NCBI GenBank assembly: GCA_943367505.1
Contig: CALRJJ020000001.1
Span: 1 to 40,009, forward strand
Source of the DNA: Flavobacterium psychrophilum
GTDB lineage: Bacteria > Cyanobacteriota > Vampirovibrionia > Obscuribacterales > Obscuribacteraceae
Direction of reading: 5' to 3'
DNA: 40,009 nt
Below are positions 32,600 through 40,009 of this stretch, one piece after another. Positions within the stretch are counted from its first letter, which is position 1. Every line of letters starts with the position of its first letter. The notes under the pieces were generated by a model. It saw only the letters and a list, made by a program, of their open reading frames with translations, was not told the DNA's origin and did no database searches. Made by a program: the position numbers and the translations under genes.

Positions 32600-32870
32600 A
32601 ATGGTAGGACCATCGGTTCGGGGGATGGTTGCGCGTCGTTGCCCACTCCGCGCGGCTGCTTCGCAGCCCAAAGCGAGCCTCAAAGCAACGTCGCAAAATA
32701 CCATCCCAACCACCAGAGCGAACAAAGAGAGCGAGCACCGGAGGTGCCAGTTCGAAGCGTCTCCCGACGCGCTACCTTCAGCACCAAAGGTGCGGGTCCG
32801 AAGAGCCCACCCGAGAAGGGCGATATCCTCAGCGCCGCAGGTGCGTGCCCGAGACCTAGCAGAATTTGAA
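32600..32870 (+). repeat. GC-rich structured block related to the 773-1048 and 13.5-13.96 kb blocks
   Basis: GGTTGCGCGTCGTTGC (32627-32642) compares with GGTTGCGTCGTTGC (963-976). Hairpin GGCTGC-TTC-GCAGCC at 32654-32668. AACCACC at 32708-32714. Only overlapping Arg-rich pseudo-ORFs on both strands. Confidence 0.4.
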
Positions 32871-32934
32871 ACGTTACTCGGTGACTGTATACTGGGCTCT
32901 TGTCTTATCCCCTTGGCTTTTGAGGAGTGCAGAA

Positions 32935-33324
32935 ATGAACAAGGGAAAGCCATTTTTTGGCGGAGCACAGGTCGATTTTTTAGAAGCATTCCCTGCTGTT
33001 GAGAAACTAGAACTAGTTATTGAACGAGAGCAAAGACGCATCGACGGACCCGGCTGGGATTGGTCAACACACAAATTTACTGAAGAGAATGTACAGCCTC
33101 ACATTAGCTGTAGCAGCTTACCCGCTTGTCATAGAGGCGGCTATAACATTGAGAGTCTACTCAGATCTCTTGAGAGCAAGCGCCAGCCGGGGGAGAAAGT
33201 TGTTTTACTGGAAAATCAATTTCTTTACTGCCAAGGCGATTTTGGCTCACTCCAAGGACGGCATAAAGGTAAGCCATGCTCAATCCAGTTTAATCTCAAA
33301 ATTGCGAAGATGACTTTCAAGTAG
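32935..33324 (+). CDS. hypothetical 129-aa protein
   Basis: The internal ATG at 32935 has GAGGAG 7 nt upstream. No motif recognised. Confidence 0.5.
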   Translation: MNKGKPFFGGAQVDFLEAFPAVEKLELVIEREQRRIDGPGWDWSTHKFTEENVQPHISCSSLPACHRGGYNIESLLRSLESKRQPGEKVVLLENQFLYCQGDFGSLQGRHKGKPCSIQFNLKIAKMTFK

Positions 33325-33589
33325 ATGAGAGCATAATTTGATCTTGTAAAGCTGGACTACCGGAGGCTCTTCTAGGGTTTTCCCTATTCTTTGATAGCTT
33401 CTCTTTTGAGAAGATGGAAGAAGACTTCGACCGTCTAAAATTCAGCACGAAAGTTGAATAGTTTAGACGATTCGAGAATCTGGTACCTCGATAAAATTTC
33501 GTGTCCCTGCTGGTCAATTGCCATGCATACACCATCGACTTCCGCTGAAGCGCAGCACGCCTTCAGCCCTATATAACAAGGAAAGACAT

Positions 33590-33919
33590 ATGGACAAAAG
33601 CGTTAAAGCGCTTGCGTCTGATGACCCGTTTGTGGACATCAGGATGAGCAGCTCAGTCCGATACAAGCTGGAGACCAAACATAAAATCAACCCGGACGTG
33701 GTAGCAGGATGTTTCCAAAATCCGCACCGCAAGTACCTAACCGACATACGGGAGCAGCACAGAACGGTTCCTGCGACACAGTGGTTCATCGTCGAGTACG
33801 AACCAGAAAAGAAGCTCAAAATCTGTTTTGTCTACTACCCAGACAAAAAACTAACCGCTATCAAAACCGCCTATCCGCCCTGCGAAAAGGAATTAGAGAT
33901 TTACCTCAGAGCGGCATAG
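33590..33919 (+). CDS. hypothetical 109-aa protein (possibly toxin-like)
   Basis: ATG at 33590 with an AAGGAAAG SD. A small basic protein followed by a 60-aa acidic ORF. Confidence 0.5.
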   Translation: MDKSVKALASDDPFVDIRMSSSVRYKLETKHKINPDVVAGCFQNPHRKYLTDIREQHRTVPATQWFIVEYEPEKKLKICFVYYPDKKLTAIKTAYPPCEKELEIYLRAA

Positions 33920-33956
33920 CATCAGGCATTTAAGACAGAAAAGTTTTGGAGAAAAT

Positions 33957-34139
33957 ATGACAGACAAAAAGAAAGATCTGACTTTCACAAGCAGAGAGCA
34001 CGACATTCTGCATGAGTTGATCGGTAAAGCTATGAATGAAAATCCCGATGATGACGAGCTTTGTTACCTGTATGGAGCAGTATGCAGCATCTGGTACAAG
34101 GAAATTTATAGCGACCCAGTCTCAGAAATGTGGAACTAG
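33957..34139 (+). CDS. hypothetical 60-aa acidic protein
   Basis: GGAG ahead of the ATG and a strong terminator directly downstream. Confidence 0.5.
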   Translation: MTDKKKDLTFTSREHDILHELIGKAMNENPDDDELCYLYGAVCSIWYKEIYSDPVSEMWN

Positions 34140-34150
34140 GTTAATGCAAG

Positions 34151-34187
34151 AAGGGGAGACAGGACGACTGTCTCCCCTTCTTTTTTT
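34151..34187 (+). terminator. rho-independent terminator
   Basis: 12-bp stem AAGGGGAGACAG / CTGTCTCCCCTT, 5-nt loop, then CTTTTTTT. Confidence 0.85.
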
Positions 34188-34197
34188 CAATCTCAAA

Positions 34198-34458
34198 TTA
34201 CTTATCTTTCCACCTGGGAGGCGGTGAACCCGGGGGCTTGTGCTCCCGCGACTCCATGGACTTGGGCAGTTTAACCGATCCCGCACCAAGTTTGAAAACT
34301 GAACCCAGTACAGTAGTTACGATGCGTATGGACACTGTCAGTAGATTTTCTGCCATGCGAATCGCCGGTCGCACAATTGTCGAGTGGCGACCACCGGCCA
34401 TATAGTTCAAGGCAAGCAAAATGCCAACAAGTAAGCCGAGCGACAAAAGAATATCCAT
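34198..34458 (-). CDS. possible small membrane protein (86 aa)
   Basis: The ORF has two hydrophobic segments. The SD is weak. Confidence 0.35.
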   Translation of the reverse strand: MDILLSLGLLVGILLALNYMAGGRHSTIVRPAIRMAENLLTVSIRIVTTVLGSVFKLGAGSVKLPKSMESREHKPPGSPPPRWKDK

Positions 34459-34610
34459 GCAGATATCTTACTGCCAGTCAGCGAGAATCACGTCGACCAG
34501 GGCGACCAATCCCCAAAGCAGCGCCAATGCATGGTTTCGAGAGCCTCATTTTTAGTTACCGTCAAACTGACAAGAGGAGGGTATATAACTCAAGTTGCCC
34601 CGAGGTTGGC

Positions 34611-36107
34611 ATGCCCGAAGACGCAGAAAAGAACAGAGAAATCGTCAAACCTCTGGAGCAGCAAGCGCCGCCAGAAGCAGCTCAGCGCGGCGGTGTAATC
34701 GGGGGAAATGTCAATCAGGCTAGGTGGCGTCAAACCCAACAAGCTCACATTCTTGAGCAAGGTGAATCGGCTACCGATTTATTCTACGACCCAAATTTTA
34801 AACCGAAGGACAAAAGTGCGAAATTTGAACTGTTTGACGATTCGGCGCCCGCAGAGTCAGTCAAACAGGGCAAATTCATTGACTATGAACCGGCACAATT
34901 AGACAAAAAAACTTTTGCCTTGGGCATGGACCATGAAAATGACAATCGCTCAGGTGTGCAAAAGCTGGGCGATTTCATTGATGCTGTGGCACGTCGAGCT
35001 TCTAACCCGGAACAGCAAAAGCAATATATTCAGGACGAACTTGAAAAAATCGTTGGCATTGGACGCGGTTTGAACAATGCAAAAGAACACACAAAAGCAG
35101 CTGCTACAGCTGGTTGGACAGCATTGACAGATGGTACCGTTGCCTCCTTTCTTGCAAAACCGAACGCGATAAATGAGCCACTTTTCCACGCCGTCGGCAA
35201 TCTATTTGACCAAATGAGTAAGGACCCTCTTGCCACAAGCCAAGCAATGGAGCGCATCGGACAACTAGTAATTGCAAGCAGTGAAAACTATTCAAAACTT
35301 CCACCGGGCAAGCAAGGAGAAGTTTTAGGCGAGACTTTGTTTTATTCAATCAATCCAGAAGGCAGCACAGAAGCCGGTGAACTAGCTTTGAAAGTTGCCG
35401 ATCAGGTGGCCACAAAGGTAGATGCGGCAGTTATCGCCGGTATAGAAAAATCGGCGAAAGCGGCTCAAGAAATGGCTCTGGTAGCTCCTGAACTGGCCGA
35501 ACAATCAAGAGCGATGATTCTTGATTACGGACGCAGCCTTGGACTAACACCGCAAGAAATGGAAGTAGCCGGTGTGCCGCGCGGCTGGATGCAAGACCGT
35601 GTTCGCCTGGACGACAATATGTTCGCGATGAGCGATGGTAAGTCCGGTTTTCGCGGCGATCATGATTTTCATAACCCTATTAACGAGCAGACTGGAAAAA
35701 AGAAAAGCTACATCAACGCTGATGGAGATTTGACCCCAGCCGACCCTGAGGGCTTGTTCAAAGAGAAACCGGTAGATATCGTTCATCACTTGTGTGGTGA
35801 TTTCTATAAATGGCATAAGCCTTTCAGCCCATACACCAGTTTGAGCGAGTTGGCCGAAATCTCGGTCAAGTACGGCAAGCAGTTTAAATTGACAGCTGAC
35901 TTGGAAAAACTCGAGTTGGCTATTCAGTCGGGTGAAGTATCGGGTGTTCAGCTTATCAAGCATGATGAAGTACTGGAGATGATCCGCAATTCGCCCTGCC
36001 ATGAGTATTCACGCAAAAACGCTATGAAATATGCGATAAAAGACAAGGAAATTTTGATTCGTGGAGTCTTGCCCAAACGCTTCTTCAAAGTGGAGTTGGC
36101 TGAATGA
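34611..36107 (+). CDS. polymorphic-toxin-like protein (helical N-terminal region, unassigned C-terminal toxin domain)
   Basis: ATG at 34611 with a GAGG SD. The call rests on context: an ATGA-coupled small gene and then a SUKH/SMI1-KNR4 immunity-type gene follow. Confidence 0.55.
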   Translation: MPEDAEKNREIVKPLEQQAPPEAAQRGGVIGGNVNQARWRQTQQAHILEQGESATDLFYDPNFKPKDKSAKFELFDDSAPAESVKQGKFIDYEPAQLDKKTFALGMDHENDNRSGVQKLGDFIDAVARRASNPEQQKQYIQDELEKIVGIGRGLNNAKEHTKAAATAGWTALTDGTVASFLAKPNAINEPLFHAVGNLFDQMSKDPLATSQAMERIGQLVIASSENYSKLPPGKQGEVLGETLFYSINPEGSTEAGELALKVADQVATKVDAAVIAGIEKSAKAAQEMALVAPELAEQSRAMILDYGRSLGLTPQEMEVAGVPRGWMQDRVRLDDNMFAMSDGKSGFRGDHDFHNPINEQTGKKKSYINADGDLTPADPEGLFKEKPVDIVHHLCGDFYKWHKPFSPYTSLSELAEISVKYGKQFKLTADLEKLELAIQSGEVSGVQLIKHDEVLEMIRNSPCHEYSRKNAMKYAIKDKEILIRGVLPKRFFKVELAE

Positions 36108-36385
36108 ACTTATTTCATCGAGGAAAAAACGTCGGCACTGTGTCGGACGTAAAAAAAACCGGTTTCGAATACTCAGCCGAAGTCTCGTTGCTGCCAGCAT
36201 TTGACGAGTACAAATCGATGTTTGAATTTTTCGACGATGAAAATAACGACCCTGACGAGAATCTCCCATTCACAGAAGAATGGCTTGAAGGCTGGTCTAT
36301 GGATAACAGTGAGGGAGTCGTTCAAGACATTTCCTTCCCCGCATTCTATAAAAACTACAGCGTCATATCATGGCGCTGGGGTTGA
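36104..36385 (+). CDS. candidate cognate immunity protein (93 aa, acidic)
   Basis: ATGA overlap with the toxin-like gene. A truncated paralogue lies at 36876-37016. Confidence 0.55.
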   Translation: MNLFHRGKNVGTVSDVKKTGFEYSAEVSLLPAFDEYKSMFEFFDDENNDPDENLPFTEEWLEGWSMDNSEGVVQDISFPAFYKNYSVISWRWG

Positions 36386-36402
36386 GATTTAGCAGGTAGA
36401 AA

Positions 36403-36879
36403 ATGCCTAACGCCTTTATCGATAGTTTTGCCGAAAGGCTCTATGCAAGTGGTCTCGCCAACGAAAGCGATCCGCTAATTGGATGTAGCCTGCAAGAATG
36501 CTCTGAAATAGAGAGCAAGCTTGGTGTCAAACTACCGGCTATCTATCAGGCTTACCTGCTTAAGATGGGGCGTAAATCCGGAGTTTTCTTGCGAGGTGAA
36601 GAGCACTCCTATCCACACCTTTTGTCACTCACAAAAGACGGACAAGACACAATCACTGAGTCGGATATAGACTACAAACTTCAACCGACTGCTTTTGTTT
36701 TCTGGATGAGCCAGGGCACTCAGTTTGCATTTTTTGACACGACAGATGGTGATAATCCGTCGGTCTATCACTACCGAGAATATGACGCTGCACCGATTAA
36801 GCGACTTGATCATTTCTCGCAATGGCTCGACTATCAACTCAATGGTGCTCTTGAAGTTCAAGAGCGATTAAAGAAATGA
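36403..36879 (+). CDS. SMI1/KNR4 (SUKH-1) family immunity-type protein
   Basis: CSLQECSEIESKLGVKLPAIYQAYLLKMGRKSG is the typical SUKH N-terminal signature. Confidence 0.8.
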   Translation: MPNAFIDSFAERLYASGLANESDPLIGCSLQECSEIESKLGVKLPAIYQAYLLKMGRKSGVFLRGEEHSYPHLLSLTKDGQDTITESDIDYKLQPTAFVFWMSQGTQFAFFDTTDGDNPSVYHYREYDAAPIKRLDHFSQWLDYQLNGALEVQERLKK

Positions 36880-37016
36880 TATTCAAACTTTTCCACGGTG
36901 AGATACTTATTGGAACTGTTTCAAATGTAGTTCCAGAAGATAACTACGAGATGGCGGGCAACATAGAACTCACTGCTGACGGCAAAAAATACGAACCAAT
37001 ATTCGCTTTATATTGA
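36876..37016 (+). pseudogene. truncated paralogue (46 codons) of the 93-aa immunity candidate
   Basis: MIFKLFHGEILIGTVSNVVPEDNYE...YEPIF aligns with MNLFHRGKNVGTVSDVKKTGFEYS...YKSMF. ATGA overlap with the SUKH gene stop. Confidence 0.45.
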
Positions 37017-37222
37017 GCAATGACAGGCTCACAGACGGTAGCGACCCTTCATTGGTGTTACTCTGCGCTTGACCTCTATATCTTATGCAGTGCAGTTAAG
37101 AGTTTTTATTACTCAATGTAGTACTTGTGGCGTTAAAAAAATGGAGAAATACGTATGGCCAAATCCAACATGTGAACCTATATTTGAGAAAGTGAATCGA
37201 CTAAAACTGAGGGTTTGAGACC

Positions 37223-37534
37223 ATGACAAAGCTGTTTATATTGTTGTGTGTGGCACAGGTAGCAGCTATGGCCGCAATTTATTACTATACGGGCCTAGGA
37301 CTTAGAGATAGTTACTTAGGTGCACAAAACCTTTCAAGAGCCATAGCTTTGGGTTTAGTGCTGTTAATTGGCGTGGTTGCAATCATCAAACCTATTAGAG
37401 CTAGGCTTGGAATTTTGGGCACTAAGCAGGACATATCACAAATAATCAGTTTTGCAATCGTCGCACCTTTGGTGACTCTATCTCTCGGGCATTGCATGGC
37501 TATGACCTTTGGTGGACTCGGCGGAGACTTTTAA
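37223..37534 (+). CDS. small membrane protein (103 aa, about 3 TM segments)
   Basis: The ORF is hydrophobic throughout. A terminator follows. Confidence 0.55.
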   Translation: MTKLFILLCVAQVAAMAAIYYYTGLGLRDSYLGAQNLSRAIALGLVLLIGVVAIIKPIRARLGILGTKQDISQIISFAIVAPLVTLSLGHCMAMTFGGLGGDF

Positions 37535-37537
37535 AAA

Positions 37538-37563
37538 GAGGAGCAGGTTTACACCTGCTCCTC
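37538..37563. terminator. bidirectional terminator between convergent genes
   Basis: 11-bp stem GAGGAGCAGGT / ACCTGCTCCTC, flanked by AAAAA and CAAAGTTTTT. Confidence 0.7.
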
Positions 37564-37587
37564 CAAAGTTTTTATAGCACCGGTTTT

Positions 37588-38694
37588 TTACCAGGTGACT
37601 GCTGGGCAACCGGTTCCCGTAAAGGCGCTTGCGGGAGGATTCAGGTGCGGATCAGTGTAGAAATACTGCATTGCGATTTTTGTGCAACGAAACGCCGCCG
37701 TACTATCAATATAAGCTCCGTAGCCCAAAGCCTTGTCTGTCTGCTTCAAGAAGTTAACCTGGGTTTGGTCAATGCTGTTATGACGGATCGTGAACTCCTG
37801 CGCCCACAAATCGAGATTAGTACCAGTATTTGGTGCCGTACCGTTGTTGCCGACAAAATAGGGCAATTTCTGTTCATAGATCTGTCGCGGTGTTTTATTC
37901 AAGAATGCCGAATTGAGAACCAGTGAAGCATTGCAAACCTCGGTTTGAGGCGTGGCTCCGAGGTTAACCTCAAGGTTGCTCGACAAAATGTTTCCGAAGA
38001 TGCCGCATAGGTAGTTACTCTTTCGGAATGCGTCCCAGTTTGCTGGATTGCTCCAGTCAGTGGGTGTGAGCTTACTTAGGTCATACATCATGAGCGAAAC
38101 CCATGCAGCCGATCTATCAGGACCATTGCCGGTGCCGCCCTTGTATTGCTTACCAATGGCAAAGCCCAAAGCATGCCCGGTTTCGTGGAATGTAGTCCTT
38201 ACCAACTCGGGATTGATGAAACGGTTGCCGTTCGTCAATTGACATACTTCGAAGATGGCAACAGTGATAACACCGTTTAGGGTGTTAGTTCTTGTAACTC
38301 CGCACCGTGCTGTCGCGTCTTGGAAAGCAGAGCCTAAAGTGGCGCCCGCATAGAGATTCCAGTAATCTCTGTCGTAAACGTAGTGATACGTAACTACGGC
38401 GTTCTGTAAGACATCGCGAACTTCAGGAATTGTGGCACTGGAGGTCTTCCGGGGAAGCAACTGGATAGCGTTGAAAATGTCGTTCCTGCGTGCAGTGTCG
38501 ACTGGTTGGGCCACTGGGAAGCAGACTTTGAACCTGGAGCTGCCTGAGAGCGTTCCAGGATATACGCCGTTACCGCTGTAGTCGACGCATGTTGCTGTTT
38601 GTGCTTGCGCTGTAGATGGCAATAGGGCATTACCGGCTAATGTTGCAAGTGCTAGTGCGGCAATGCCTAGCAGTTTTGATATTGTTCGTTTCAT
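37588..38694 (-). CDS. secreted zinc-metalloprotease-like protein (HExxH)
   Basis: Signal peptide MKRTISKLLGIAALALATLAGNALLPSTAQA. Motif TTFHETGHALGF. Multiple Cys residues. Confidence 0.7.
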   Translation of the reverse strand: MKRTISKLLGIAALALATLAGNALLPSTAQAQTATCVDYSGNGVYPGTLSGSSRFKVCFPVAQPVDTARRNDIFNAIQLLPRKTSSATIPEVRDVLQNAVVTYHYVYDRDYWNLYAGATLGSAFQDATARCGVTRTNTLNGVITVAIFEVCQLTNGNRFINPELVRTTFHETGHALGFAIGKQYKGGTGNGPDRSAAWVSLMMYDLSKLTPTDWSNPANWDAFRKSNYLCGIFGNILSSNLEVNLGATPQTEVCNASLVLNSAFLNKTPRQIYEQKLPYFVGNNGTAPNTGTNLDLWAQEFTIRHNSIDQTQVNFLKQTDKALGYGAYIDSTAAFRCTKIAMQYFYTDPHLNPPASAFTGTGCPAVTW

Positions 38695-39120
38695 TTTTTG
38701 TGTTTCCTTGGTTTGTTGAAAGGCTATCTATCTCAATTCCAGGCAATGGCAATCATCTCTTCGGCAAAGCCGAACAGAAAAATTGCTGATATTGGGTGCT
38801 TGGTTAGCGGTTTGGGTGATTGCCTGGAAGATGGTTGGAGAAAGATAGAACCAACACATTCGCCGAACCATGGCTCCGTATGCTGACTTTGTGAATCATC
38901 GCAAAATTGCAACTAACTCATAAAAAAACCGATCTTCGTTATAAGTATGCTGTCTCAACAAAAAATCAAGATTCCAAATCCTAGCGCAGCTTGCTAACCA
39001 AAACGGAAGTTAAGCGTCCGTTACCTTGTTTCGGAGTATTCTTGCGACGTAAGGTTGCAATAATGACAACTATTGCTACTGACGAAGTTCAAAGAAACCA
39101 AATGTTTTTAACTATAGTCA

Positions 39121-39675
39121 TCAATAACTTTTCAACTTATCCCGTACTTCCATTAGTGCAAAGCCGAGCCAATTTCGCCCTTTCCAGAGCTTGGGATCGC
39201 TGGCGCCAGGCGCCGAGGCGACCATACCTATTCCCCAGATTTTGTCCCACATACTTGCTTCAACGAGTATTTTTGGCGCAGTAGCAATCAGCCAATCCGA
39301 GAAGCCCTGGTTGTCTGAAAACTTAGCCAGGTTGGCTTTGACGACAATATCAGTAGAGTGTTTTTGCCAGGCTTCAGTCTCGAAATTTTGCACTTTGCGT
39401 CCAAATGCTTTTGCTTCTTTCGGTGTTTTGCATTCAAGAATATTTTGCAGCATGCTGTGGTCGTCAAACAGGCGCGCCTTTTCAGCCATCATAAAATGCT
39501 CGGCAGTCGGGTATTTGATACCGTCAATTTCAAATTCGGCAGGAAACCACTGACTGAGGCAAGCAGCGGTGATACTGCCATCGGTGGCAGCTTTGTGACC
39601 ATAGAAGAGTAGGTAATCGAAAGTCTTACCCTGGTCGATTTGGTCAATTAGCCATTCTCTGGAATAACGCATCAA
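39121..39675 (-). CDS. NADAR (YbiA/DUF1768) family protein
   Basis: LSQWFPAEFEIDGIKYPTAEHFMMAEKARLF...PKEAKAFGRKV...ANLAKFSDN...LVEAS..DKIWGIG...GRNWLGFALMEVRDKL parallels E. coli YbiA over its whole length. Confidence 0.85.
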   Translation of the reverse strand: MMRYSREWLIDQIDQGKTFDYLLFYGHKAATDGSITAACLSQWFPAEFEIDGIKYPTAEHFMMAEKARLFDDHSMLQNILECKTPKEAKAFGRKVQNFETEAWQKHSTDIVVKANLAKFSDNQGFSDWLIATAPKILVEASMWDKIWGIGMVASAPGASDPKLWKGRNWLGFALMEVRDKLKSY

Positions 39676-39709
39676 AACAATTTCCCTAGTAGATCAAGCG
39701 GCAGGCATT

Positions 39710-39979
39710 TCAAATTTTTGGCGCAACGAAATAGTAGGCACCTTTACCGCATGCGCTGCATTCATTAGTCCATGCAAAAGATTCTTCGGACATGCGCTCG
39801 TGCTCTTCACCTTCACTGGGTGCGCAGTTGAGACAGTAGAATTTTGAATTGGCGAGATGCACGCCAAAATATTTGGCTACCATCGTCAAAGCTGATTCCA
39901 TCTCGCTCTTCGCTTGCGCCGCGATATTGACTATCGCTTTATCACCGAGCGCTTCTTTGCTTTCCTCGTGCAACTTCAA
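39710..39979 (-). CDS. small zinc-ribbon-like protein (89 aa)
   Basis: CLNC ... CSAC pairs. Co-directional with the NADAR gene, 34 nt upstream of it. Confidence 0.5.
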   Translation of the reverse strand: MKLHEESKEALGDKAIVNIAAQAKSEMESALTMVAKYFGVHLANSKFYCLNCAPSEGEEHERMSEESFAWTNECSACGKGAYYFVAPKI

Positions 39980-40009
39980 AGTGTCCTTACACTTAAATGC
40001 ATGACTGAT

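Noticed and set aside
32553-33002. ORFs 32553..33002, 32629..32859, 32639..32869 (+) and 32594..32989 (-)
   Set aside because: Four overlapping frames cover the same GC-rich block, with Arg/Ser/Pro-rich composition. The real downstream gene most likely starts at 32935, which has a GAGGAG SD.
35800-36107. ADP-ribosyltransferase (R-S-E) assignment for the toxin C-terminal domain
   Set aside because: FRGD, YTSLS and a later acidic residue can be lined up with an ART pattern. However, there is no clean ExE/QxE motif and the spacing is loose, so this is too weak to call.
38991-39553. Plus-strand ORFs 38991..39284, 39191..39553 and 39358..39612
   Set aside because: They are antisense to the well-supported NADAR gene and have no independent support.
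1-40009. CRISPR arrays, tRNA/rRNA genes, retron or group II intron-like elements, transposase genes
   Set aside because: Reading by eye, I saw no regularly spaced direct repeats, no cloverleaf-like or rRNA-like segments, and no reverse transcriptase or transposase ORFs. A tRNAscan, Infernal or ISfinder run would be needed to be certain.

Overview
The window reads as a mosaic segment of a mobilizable plasmid-like or integrative mobile element. I saw no rRNA, tRNA or CRISPR array.

Backbone:
- A minus-strand mobilization operon encodes an RHH MobC-like protein, a MOBP/VirD2-type relaxase with the HSNTDHHHIH histidine triad, and a VirD4/TraG-like coupling ATPase that lacks a membrane anchor.
- That operon runs on, through 4-nt overlaps, into three genes for membrane proteins, one of them a J-domain co-chaperone.
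- A candidate oriT (two hairpins plus a TATCTTG/CC nick-like core) sits just upstream of the operon.
- An AEP primase-polymerase-type Rep gene lies beside an iteron-like GC-rich array.
- A serine recombinase is also present.

Cargo:
- An RHH/RelE toxin-antitoxin pair.
- An Abi_2 gene abutting a Cys-rich partner.
- A four-gene operon: unknown 189-aa protein, QueC-like PP-loop ATPase, Xre-ImmA/IrrE metallopeptidase, PIN nuclease. This is my best candidate for an undescribed defence module.
- A KfrA-like / SNF2 / type III Mod / type III Res operon, with a convergent PUA/EVE-like gene.
- A polymorphic-toxin-like gene with SUKH-type immunity genes and an orphan immunity fragment.
- A NADAR gene, RadC, an SSB without the acidic tail, an HslV-like Ntn-hydrolase candidate and an AT-hook protein.

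The most unusual non-genic signal is a strand-specific family of GC-rich, hairpin-rich non-coding blocks of 0.3-0.5 kb.
- They share short boxes: GGGTAGCC, GGTTGCGC, TTGCGCCGGTC or its complement, and AACCACC.
- They sit in front of the minus-strand establishment genes (radC, ssb, a Cys-rich gene, a TPWG/SHGG gene, Rep) and just after the putative nick site.
- I read them as candidate ssDNA promoters, priming signals or iterons.

All functional calls come from motifs read by eye. No database search or folding program was run.
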